This document shows positions 11,510 to 24,600 of a stretch of 34,284 nucleotides of DNA, one piece after another; position 1 is the stretch's first letter, and the number at the start of each line of letters is the position of its first letter. The notes beneath the pieces are model-generated. The model was not told the origin of the DNA, searched no databases, and saw only the letters and a list, made by a program, of their open reading frames with translations. This DNA comes from Diploschistes diacapsis. Its lineage: Eukaryota. The DNA is taken from the NCBI GenBank assembly GCA_023645945.1, contig JALAIB010000087.1:1-34284 (forward strand). The letters are read 5' to 3'. The translations under genes were made by a program, and so were the position numbers.

Positions 11510-12780
11510 CGTGATTTTCCGGTTGGGATTTGTTTATTGTTGACGCTAATACATCGTGGTTGATAAGTCTGGGGTTGTAATTTCTACGGCGGGAGAACTC
11601 GGAATGGGAAGGTTCAGGTGCTTGTTTGGATTTTGTTCTGCTAACATTGAATTCAGTACGCTCTCTGAGTTTCTCTGACACTTCCTTAACACTCAGCTTG
11701 TGTAGAAGTTTGGTTTTAGCGCGAGGGACGGGACTGGGACGAGGAGGAGGTGGAAGCGGAGGAAAAAGTGAAGGAAGCAGAGGAAGGGGTGGAAAAAGAG
11801 GAAGAGTTGGCGGAGGAGGTGAAGGAAAGGAGGAGAGGAGGGAGAGGTTAATCTACCCTCCCTGGTCCTTTCTTCGCTGAACCAACATTCAGTGTATACA
11901 GTAAGATACATTCTTAACACCTGTCTAATACTTACTGAAAACCACCTGACTATCTGGCTCATGCTCCCCTTCGACGAAATAGATCTTGCAATCCAGGGCG
12001 TTACTAGGCCAAGTCTCATAAGGGCTGACCCGTATCCCCAATTGATGGCCGTACTGCGTAAGTGCCACCTTCCACCTTCTGAAGCTAACCTACATGGGCG
12101 ATGTTCGGGGTACTCGAACACTCCCCTGAGCCAGAGGTAAGTCAATCAATATATAGAGATATTCAAACACTTACCTGATCGAAGACGCATTATCACAAGC
12201 GCTAAGCTAGAAGTTAGCCAACGTTGCAATGCTTTCATTCTCTTTTAGGAAAACGGTGTCGAAACTTGTCGTTTAATCACAAAGAACCTGCCAAGGGTCA
12301 ACTGTTGCTTGATCTCAGTTCTCCAGGGTTTTCAGGATCCACAAGACCAGAAGAAAATCTCGTCGAGGAAAAGAGCAGCCCAGGAGGGCCCCCCCCCCCA
12401 TTGCAATGCAGAGATTCGTTGAGACACGACTCCGAGGCCAACTCCAATGTCTCCACAAGATTTAGGGACGGTAAAGGGGTAAGCAAGTTCGAGTCGAAGC
12501 CTTCGCGAAGTGCGAACCAGTACGGAACAGCGCTCGACACACGGACAGTCAAACGCTTCGAGCAGGACCAGCTGATTGGAAACCCCCTCGAAGCAGCAGA
12601 TGGGGCTCGCCCCAGCTCTTAAGCAGACTCAAGCTCGAGCCGGGGCTTGCAGCAGGATCCCGCTGCTTTCCTACCGCCCAGGGCAGCGGCGACAGCGCTT
12701 TGCCATCTCAAAATCAATAGCGGCCGGGACTGGCTCAAGGCGTCCATGCCACGCCCCGCCCCCCCCGGGACCACGACGGC

Positions 12781-12800
12781 AATAACAACAACAACAACAA
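12781..12800 (+). repeat. (AAC)n microsatellite
   Basis: AATAACAACAACAACAACAA seen directly in the sequence. Confidence 0.7.
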
Positions 12801-13380
12801 GGCGAGGTACAGGCGAAGCCCGGCACCCGCTCCACAGAAACCCTCGGCGTGATGCAGAGAGACGCGCTTCAGCAGGAGGCTCGGCGGAGCAAGCCAAAGC
12901 TGGCGGGCTCGTCCTTGAACCGTGCACGAGAAAGTAGCTGTGCCGGCTCAAGGCTTTGTGTGGGGGGGGACCTTGCTTGCAAAGGGAGATGAGAAGGTAA
13001 GGGGCCTGGCTACATTTGTACTTTTAATTTTCAAAACTCATGTGGTCAGGTTACACTGATGGGCTGCGATTTCCGCTATAGAGAAATCTACGAGAGACAG
13101 CCGTCACGGTAAACGACCGAGGGCTCGCTTAACTTACGTGAGAGTATGGTTCGAAAAGTGTGGAGCGCTAAGCCCCGAAAAAGGGAACATTGGTATGCGC
13201 ATAATTCCCTGTTCAGCCCTTTCTACTGTGGAAAAAACCAGCGTCTGAGGTGGTGCAGCAAGCGGCAAAGTCCCTGATAAAATCTCAGTGAAATCCTTAT
13301 CATTTTCATTGCATGCTATCCGAGTCTGAGCTAAGTACCTCGAACTCTCCGTGTCCATCGAGAATAGAAATTGTGAGCCT

Positions 13381-15450
<2,070 letters not shown>

Positions 15451-16149
15451 GACGACTTTGAACAGTTAGCTGATTGTGCGGGTCAAGACTTTCTATAGAA
15501 GAAGAATGGGTGGTAACGATTGGAACAGGTATCTCTACTCATAACCGTCTTTGGCTCCTTCTAAAGTCAGAACAGATCTCCTGAAGTCCCTGCTGTCTAT
15601 GTTAACCAGCTGCGAAAAGAGGGGCGTTATCTTTGACAGGCATCAAGTAGCGTTCAGCGATTAAAGTTGACGTAGATGAGAAGGGATAGTGCGCTGAGCC
15701 AAAACCTACCGTTCGACTGTTTGGAAGACCTATTGGTATCTTTATGTCAGCCTATTACAAATCGAGAAAAGCGTTGAGGGAGATTGGTATCTTCCCAGAC
15801 TGAGAGTTACAAGTAGAACCTTTCCAAGGAGACTGACCGTTCACCCCACTCAGCTTACGATCCTGAACCCTGTAATGGGATGAAGAGTTAGTGACAGAAA
15901 TCGTTTCCATCGAAGGCGGTGGCCTAGAGAAGAGCATAGGGCAAATATAATCTCGTACCTTTTTCGATCGTTGGCCGCGTGTGTGAAAGAAGGGAAGAAG
16001 GGAAGAAGGGAGAGGGGAATGGCGGGAGATAAGTATTGGACGCGTGATAAATGAAGGTGGCAATGGCAAACACGCTTCAAAGAAGACCCTACACAGCTTC
16101 ATTGAAGCTTTTCTCTTACCATCATTGACACCAGCTGAATCAAAAAGCT

Positions 16150-17863
16150 GCTCACAAGATTTTGCTGAGCTCAGTTTGTGACTCTCTTCTGGACCTTAGC
16201 CCTGTTCTTACCCTCTATCTTGAGCTCAGAGTCCTTTTGCCGACTTCACTTTCTCAAGGAGCATCTCTGCGCCTCCTTGTGAACCTACTTATGACCCTTC
16301 AACAAACAAATATCCCGCTCGGATGTCATTATGATGCTTCAATACTTGCCTTCTCCAAGCAATCCACCTGCTTTTGTACTCTATTATCCTGAGAAGTCAA
16401 GAGACTGAGCCAGGAAGCTAAGCCTGGGATCCATGGTATTTTAGAAGGATACGCATTATGAAGTCTGGCAGTGGCGGAGTCATTTCAGTTTGGGAAGGAT
16501 ATCATATACACTCGTATCTGAGCTTCCCAGCATTCTGAAATTTAAGCTGCTTTCACCTGAGTACATCATTCATTATCTAAGCGCTGTGCTATGCTTGCGC
16601 ATATATAAAATTGAAGACATTCAAAAAACTTGTTTTCAATCAAACCAGCCTCGTCTCCCTTTGTTTTTCAGTAGAGCTATTTACACACAAATGCGATGGT
16701 CGCGTTACAAACAACAACGTGTTGCCTCGCCCACGATCCGTTGTATTTTTACTAGCCAACTGAAGGCTCTCTACTCTTAACCATCTGGTACAGAAACCGT
16801 GAACGTTTGTCATTCACTTCCACTATGTCTAGAAAATACTCCGGCTTGTTACCTGTGCATGATAGTTAATATCGTTGTAATGAGTATTAGGGAAGAAGAG
16901 GCTTGAAGTTTGAGGATTGCCAAGTCTGGGGATCATTTGATTAGTACTGATCGTACTGAACCTACTGTCCATTGCACAGACTGGTTGATATAGTTGGATA
17001 CGTTTGTTTGATTTGTTAGGACTGGATACTACCCAGCGCTTGACTACCAATAACCTAAGTCACTTATAAGAAAAAGCCCTTGAGTGACTTAGGACACTTA
17101 TCATACATCGCATTCTCACCAGTTGACCTCATTTACTAGTAAGTTCTTTCAGGGAGAAGCCCTTTGCTCTTCTATAAATAATGGCGCTTTACCTGGATAC
17201 TCTGTCTCCAAAATCCTTTGACTTCATCATCACAGAGTGCTTTAATCTTTCTTTCGCTTATTTAGGTCGCTGCATATATCCTGTAACCAACAAATATTGA
17301 TTTTAGTATTATCTAAAGCAAATTTCTGGAGTAGTATATCGGCGATTTCTTAGCCTTCGGAAATGTAAAGACACTCGGTGCTCCCTGCATAAGTCCCATG
17401 GCGTTCTTCATTTCCACTAGAGCTCGTATCAGGCTTCTGCAAAAGGTCCCAATCCTGAAAAGCTGATTGAAAGTTGAAACTTCTCCCCCGGCTGTTATCT
17501 TCATGGTTCACCAGCAAGAAACTGTTTGACAAGGTTGGAGAATTCGATGACATACTAACAAAAAATGCCTCTCTGACAGATCCTCTTTTCTGAAGTGCCT
17601 TTCTTTGGAACGACGAGTCCTTTCATGCTCACAGACACTCAAGCTCTTCTTAATAAGCGCTATCTTGATTGTTGGTTCCTAACAAACCTCAAAAGATTGC
17701 TAGTATAGAGAAAGCACAATGGTAAAAAGCGGACTTGGAAACTGGTAGTACTCCCTGCGGGGGTTGTTCTTTTTGTTACCTCCCCTGCATAAATATCCTG
17801 GTGGCTCTCATCCTATTAAAAAGCTCAAGATAGGACTGTGTAATAGACATCAACCTGAAAAGC
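16150..17863 (-). pseudogene. Degenerate coding-like sequence, possible continuation of the large relic beyond the TIR insertion
   Basis: Minus-strand frames give protein-like fragments broken by stops, for example FNQLFRIGTFCRSLIRALVEMKNAMGLMQG and GLASWLSLLTSQDNRVQKQVDCLEKASIE. The texture matches 18.7-32 kb. Boundaries are approximate. Confidence 0.3.
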
Positions 17864-17868
17864 TAATA

Positions 17869-18585
17869 GAGAGGTTTAGCAACCCTGTAAATGCACCGCG
17901 TAAGTCCTATCGTAGTTAACTCGTGTCTCGGCGCCGAGCGCTGCTTACCTCTTTAAAAAGTATCTCCGAAAGTATACGCAGCGTCCGCCTATAAAACCGC
18001 AGACGTCGCCTACGCTACGAAAGTCCTAATATAAATAAACGTCGAAAAGAGCCTTACGGCCCTTCATCGACGCATCCGCAATTGAATAAATTTATATTTT
18101 AAATTTCTAAAATAAATTATCCGGCGTCTCCAAAACCGCCGGCGACGTGTCTACCTCTATAAAACGTAAAAAAAAAGACAACGACGCCTACCCTTACGTT
18201 TCTAAATCTTTAATCTTGCGATTTAAATAATAATAAACGATGATATTAAATACCGTAACGTTTATTACTGTTTCCGTATCTTTCTATCTAATATCCCTTC
18301 CCTCCTCTTTACCGAACCAGAAGTCGGTGCAATACCCCCTCCACCGAGACCGTCGAGAAAGGAACTCAAGAATACTCGCGAAAAAATAATGCTAATACGC
18401 CTCTGCCTAAAAAACGTGAAATGGCTATATTTCAGACCTTTTTAACTATGTTAAAAAAAATTATAGAAGCATTACATTTTAATATACTACTTAATTTGGA
18501 CTAATCTATTGCCAAGACCCTAAAAAAGCGCTAGCTACATCTAGACTTACGCAGCGAGCGCATTGACAGGGTTGCTAAACCTCTC
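17869..18585. mobile_element. Non-autonomous DNA transposon / MITE-like element, 717 bp, RIP-like interior
   Basis: The terminal inverted repeats share 20 identical nt (GAGAGGTTTAGCAACCCTGT) and extend imperfectly to ~40 nt (..AATGC..GCGTAAGTC). The element is flanked by direct repeat TAATA at 17864-17868 and 18586-18590. The interior is AT-rich, visibly poor in CpA/TpG, and has no ORF. Confidence 0.85.
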
Positions 18586-18644
18586 TAATATTGCTGAACT
18601 CCTTAACTAAAGTCAATCCTAACCCTAACCCCCAAGAGTCGCTA

Positions 18645-18682
18645 CCAGCATCCAGCCAGCATCCAGCCAGCATCCAGCATCC
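18645..18682 (+). repeat. 11-bp tandem repeat (CCAGCATCCAG) x3 plus a partial copy
   Basis: Units at 18645-18655, 18656-18666 and 18667-18677, then CATCC. Confidence 0.8.
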
Positions 18683-18699
18683 CTGTTCGCTCTGAGTCT

Positions 18700-21600
18700 C
18701 CACGGTAAGACAATTGCAGGCCCTTCCCGGGATCTGTTTCGGCTCATGCACGCTTTTGATGATGCTGAAATCTGAGAGATTCGTCTAATATATTGCCCTG
18801 CAAAACAGCATTGCCGACCACCAAAGACGCTTCTATTATCTTTAGGATCTTCTGCTATTCCAGATCCTATCAAGACTTGACCCCCTTAAATGGTTGGAGA
18901 AGGTAATGAATCAAATTACAGCTGCGAAGCGCTGCCGCTAAGGTCCCTTTTCTCTTTGATGTTCATGCAAAGACGGTGTCCTCCTATCTTCTTCTCTTTC
19001 GTACTTCAAGCCGGTGCGTTTGCGTCTTCCACTGTCCCGCAGAATAATAGATCATGTTGTAAAAACGAAACCTAGTAGACTCATGATATATCTTCTTGTT
19101 TATACATTGATTCTTGTAAGACACTCGGAGAAGTTACATGACACATTCACAGCCCCAAGGAGCAACACCTCATGTCTCTGTACCACTGGTGCATTCGGAG
19201 CGATCGGTGCCCGAGACCCTCAATTTGCTCTTCCTCGGTTGATCAATGGCTTCTTGTATCCTGCAACTGTGTATTTTTGGTTTTTCCACTACTCTGGCTG
19301 CCTCGAAGTACACCATTTCTTTCTGCTTTCAAAAAACAAGGCCTAGGAAGTTCATGATCTCTTTTAATCCCATAAAAAGATAAGATAGATTCCTTGTATA
19401 CTTCAGTAAGCAAATGCCAGTCTCCTTATGTCGAGACTTCACAGCCAGATAATACTCGACCCTCATCGAGTTTCTGCTTTACCGAATCGAACATTATGGT
19501 AATCCTGAGACCTATTGTATCTATCTTTTCCACTGTTCTGTCGCGACCCTGTTCTCTACAAGATTTGACGCTCGAAACATGCATGCTTTCTTTCTTCGCC
19601 CTTGCATCACGTTCTGTAAAGAACTAGATTGTCCTGCAACCTCGGGTATTCGCGTCGTTCCACTTTCCTAAATCGTACATGCTGCTGCCAAAACGACGGC
19701 CCGGGAATAGTTTATGATCTCCTTTCTCTGTGCCTATCCCAGATTTCGCAGGAACTCCTCGCGCCCTGCAGGAGAGGCAAAAACTCGTTCGCACCCTATA
19801 CGCATTGCAAACTAGTTTGTGGATATGTCGGCAGCCGAGCACAACACTTACTGCTCTTATATATGGAAGTGCTTCTCCTTCCCTATAGCTATAGAAACCT
19901 GAAGACTTGCTCAGAACCTGATGCTGTCGGATGGTATATATTGCCAGGCTCCCACATCTGATTTCGGAATTCATTTTCGTCTGGAATACATTCTCACACG
20001 AGTGGATGGTACGTGTTTGGCATCTCATTGGAGAGCTGGTCGTCTGTGATGATTGTAATATACAAGCGAAGGTTTCGAACGACAGGTCCGCTTGTGCGGC
20101 GTTGAAATGGTAGAATACCGACCATGGCTAAAATTCCTAGAAGTTGTCTTTGAAAGATACGGCTCTTAGAACGCTGCCCTGTTTTGCTTCTCACTATTGT
20201 TTGGTAGAGCCTATCCTGACGCAACTGCAGCACCATCATAGCGTGACTTTATGGCACCAGTTCTCTAGTGTCTTCTTGACTGCTGAGTCCACCCTGTCAG
20301 TAGAGAAGTCTTGGTAGCAGATTACCATGCACCAAATCAGAGAGACAGCCATTATCGTGGGCATGGTTTTTAAGTGGTTGCTCTGGATACGTTGCAATGG
20401 CGGTCGAGCAGAGCCTGTATTTTGCTTTTTGGTACGGCCTACAGATTCTCCTAATGAAACCACCAAAGCCACGGAATAGTATAATCAAGTGGCTGCATGT
20501 ATTTTTCAGCCTCGCTGTACAAAGTATATCACCATTCCAAGGCTGTTATATTGTATAGATACCTCTTGGCGCGGAATTTCCTCGCGTTCTTCAGGCCAAT
20601 TGTGAGAGAAGGCTTCTTTTGTACGTCATCTTATATTGTTGTTTCTAACACATAGGGCTCCTGGGATGTTCTATTGCGTGCCCTCTCCGCCGATAACCCA
20701 GTGCAACCTGTTCACTAGCTCTTGAAAAGGGTTAAAAGTGCCCAAAGCCTGAATCTTTAAAATATAACGATCATCTGGTGATATAAGGACTTCTTCACGA
20801 GTAGCTGTTTTCGTTGGCTTCGTATGCCTATCCAAATCATGTCTGTCCGTTCTCTCGATTTCATAGCATAAATAGATTTGCGATAGGTGGAGCAACCTGT
20901 GGCTGATTGGTGCACTGTGAGAAGCCGTGCATTTTGACGCAGTTGTATTCCGTATGAGACTGGCTTAATCAAGCGGTCTAGGTTCATCCCTACAATTATA
21001 TGGCCGTCTGGCTTGCTGATTCACAACTGGTCCTGCCACCTCTATTGTTATTGATTGAAATATTTGTAAAGATGGGGTCAAAATTTGTTGTTGGCCTGAT
21101 AACGATGTTCCACGACTCTCTTAAGAAGGATATGCTAGCTAATGTTCGACACAAGGTATTCAGTGGTTCATGTGAAAATAAGGGTCTTGGAAAAACGAGT
21201 AATTGTGGGGAAACCATCTGACGGCAGTGCTATAAGTCTGCTTATAAACATCATGTCAGGTAATATAATCCTGTAGGGTTTTTCGTATCCTTCATGACGA
21301 TACAATGAGAATTTTCGAAGGTTTTCCTAGCCTTAGGCATTGTAGTCGATAGGATAGTCCTGTTATACTCATCGCTCTGACAGGAAATCTCATATAGAAA
21401 GGGTCAAAGGGTGCAGTATGCCTGGTAAGAATCAAAGATAGTGGATGTCGTCCTGTCAAAAATCTTGCCAGCTATTGTGTTCAATGCAGAAACTGTTTCT
21501 CGTTTTCTCTGCCTTTTCGGTTAGGCAGTTCAAATTTCCACCTTTTGGCCTTCAGACTTTTATATGGGAAGAGAAGAGTGATCGGCACATTCCTTTCCTC

Positions 21601-24600
21601 CCTCTGTATTTAGGATCCACGAAAAAGAATCCGAACTCTGGGGGTGCACCTGACAGGACCACGGATAGTGTAGTTGTGGAACAGCTCCTGTCTCATCATT
21701 GCCGCCTGAACATGCTCACAACATTGCCGTGACGGTTTTGTATCAATGCCATGACACACACCTATGTTCCTCCTCGCTTATTCTTCAAAAAGGCAGTCGT
21801 AGATGTTTTGAAGATTTCACGAATCAAGATATTAGTGTACAGAAAACGATCCTAGGAGAATCTATTGTTCTTGATTCGAACAATTTGAAAGGAGTCTTGG
21901 TAGTACAAAGAGCTTCAATCTCTCTACAAAGCCTATTGTAACACTATCAATCATAGTATATAGAGTCCAAGGTACAAGGGTGGGACCCCTAAGCTTAAGA
22001 AATGGGCATTTCAAGATGTGAGAATGCTATAAGATGATTAACCGATATTGCCTAATGTTCCCTGGTGGTTGGTTCTTTGTCGCCATTGCTTGCTTCTGGG
22101 GATATATCTGTTTCAACCCATGAATTCAGCCTTTTAGTAACTGGTATAGAGCTGCCCAGGTGTGAGTGTTGTCGTCCTTGCAGAGTCTCCCGGCAATTAA
22201 CCGTCTTTCGCAGATTGCTGTAATTTCCACAGATAGCTTATCTGAACAAATGTTCTCACTGTGTAAAGGTGACGGAACAAGAAGGACTGTCGTCTACTGT
22301 CGTGTCTATAGCAGCATAGGAAAGACAAATATTTGAGCAGTTGTTTATAGGTGGCGAATTCCCCGAGACTATCACACTCTCGACGCTCATTTCCCTCATG
22401 ATTCCGGGTTTATGGATATCACAATTTGCCTGTGAGTGCACCTGCCGGCTTTGCAGCCTGCACGCGTCCGCGATAACAGTATCCTAATCTCTTTGACATG
22501 ACTGCAACCGGTCTCTATTCCTCTCCGGTACAAATATTTCTGAGTGAGTTTCGCCTGCTTTTAACCGTTTTAACGTGTTGTTCCCGGGGTACTTTTAGTG
22601 GTTTCAGTCCTCATTTATAAGACTGCCCTAACTTTAAACTTCTCGTATCCCATCATGATTTCTATATTCTTGATGATCATTCCTGGAATATATGGGTGAG
22701 AAACTGGTAGAAAGCCCTAAATATCTACGTGGTTGGATGTGCTAGTTCAACAAGAAGCCTCGAGGCCAGGAATGTCTTTGTCCAAGAGTACTCGAGTATA
22801 ACCCTGTAGCCTGACCATTTGAGTAATATTTATCAATCGAAGCAAGAGCTGCAAAGCCCGAATGATTTCGAGCACAGCTATTCCAGCCCACCAATAAGTC
22901 TCCATGCCTGAATAAGAGCTCCCGCAATATCTCAATCATATGGAACCCGTTGTTCCATCTATCAGTCCCTTGTTCTGTTCATATGTCGTCCAGGATCTCC
23001 AGAGTCATCTTAATCTTGGTCCCATTGGGGCCAATGTTGTTAGACGGGTGTGGGAAGTGTCTATCGATGCGCTTTCACCAGTGCGAGACAGTTCTTTGAC
23101 ATATAGAGCCCCATCTTTTTCCCCCCCCTGGCCATTCGATTCCACTAGCTGATATGATGTAATAATAAGGGCTATAATCCTACTTCTCAATCCTCGGCTA
23201 TTTATTCCTAAGTCGCACAGCAGTGATCAAGAGTGCCCTGTTCGAAATTATACCACCAGGTCTCCCTCCGAAGGTTAAATATATTGGTTTTCCTTATAGA
23301 TATAGTATAATGTCAGAGAGAAGGGAATCCTACTTCAGAAAACATTTTTGTCGAGAGATGTTTCCTGTGGACGCAGCGTGCTGGCAGAGGTACATTTCCT
23401 GAATGATCTACTACTACAGCTCTTCTAGTTCAGGCAGTTCTCTCGTTCTCCTGCTTCATTATAGCCGTTGCTGTCGCTATCCCCACTGCAATCGTATCAT
23501 CGTTCTTCCTGGCTTGACGACTCACCACTAACGTTTCCACTGGAGGCAAGTACTAGAACTTCAAAGCTGTCTTTCAGCTTCATTGGCTCAAATGTCCAAG
23601 ATTCTCAAAAGGTGTTGGGTGGGTTTTTCTCCTACCCACTCATACCTTTTTGATACAAGTCAGTTATATAGAACCCTGCTGCTTCTCAATCTTTGTCAAG
23701 CGATCTGCAAGGTACTATCGTCATCTGTTCAAATGGGCCTGTTCTCTTTCCTCTCTTGAGTGACATCTTCCTATAACTCCGATCTTATAAATACCCAGAT
23801 CAAACTTTCTCCTCGTCTTCCTCTTCATGTTCTGCTTGATCAGTTTCTGTGGCTTCTGCCTTCAAGCAGCCTGGAGTAGCAGTTGCTCTGGGTTTGTGTT
23901 ATTGTCAAGAATGGAGGTGGTTATACGTTTGACGACTTCGCCAGGAAAGTTTGTAGAAGAAGGAAAGAAAGTTTTACCCTGGCCCAGGGGCGGTCAAGCT
24001 TTCATCACTTTTTTCTCCAGAATAACATTCTATGGTCAGACCTTTTACCGCTCTGCCTTGCAGAGACGTTGTACCACATATATAGAAGGCGAAAAGAGAA
24101 CGAACCCCCTGTGGTTGACGTCCGATCGAAGGGTTCAGAAAACAGTCCCTCACTGCTGCAGCGTTCGTTTGCTCCATCCCGCCTGTCTAGCTTCCCGTAC
24201 AGAATGAGCTAGGTCCTGCAGAGGAAACAGCAGGGGCAAGTAGTTATTGTGGTGTATATGTGCAACCTTCCAGTGTAACGGGCTCAATGATCTGGTTAAG
24301 CCGCAGAGCCTGCGTAGACCATCATATAGTTATAGTTTCCCGAGATACCCACAAGAGACACCCAAGTTCCTTTCTGATTCTCCTAATATCATTTTGGAGT
24401 GACTTGTGTTACCTCCAAATCACAGGTTATAAACTGGGCCACGCCACAACGGTTTAGTCAAACCTCGCTGCCTTATGAATTTACTTTCTTCTTACCCAGA
24501 TATTGTGGCTATCAGGGCACCAGGAGAAGTAAATCAAGTTCTTGGTTGATGTTCCTTCAAAAATTTCCGAACTGATTGTAACCATTGAATGAATTCTGCA

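Noticed and set aside
12224..12951. Cluster of 70-130 aa ORFs on both strands
   Set aside because: GC-rich, low-complexity sequence with homopolymer runs and a microsatellite between two genes; no coherent gene model.
23970..23996. Walker A-like PPLGQGKT (or TAPGPG/KT across a frameshift)
   Set aside because: It needs a stop or frameshift repair to fit the consensus, has no preceding hydrophobic strand, and no Walker B was found.
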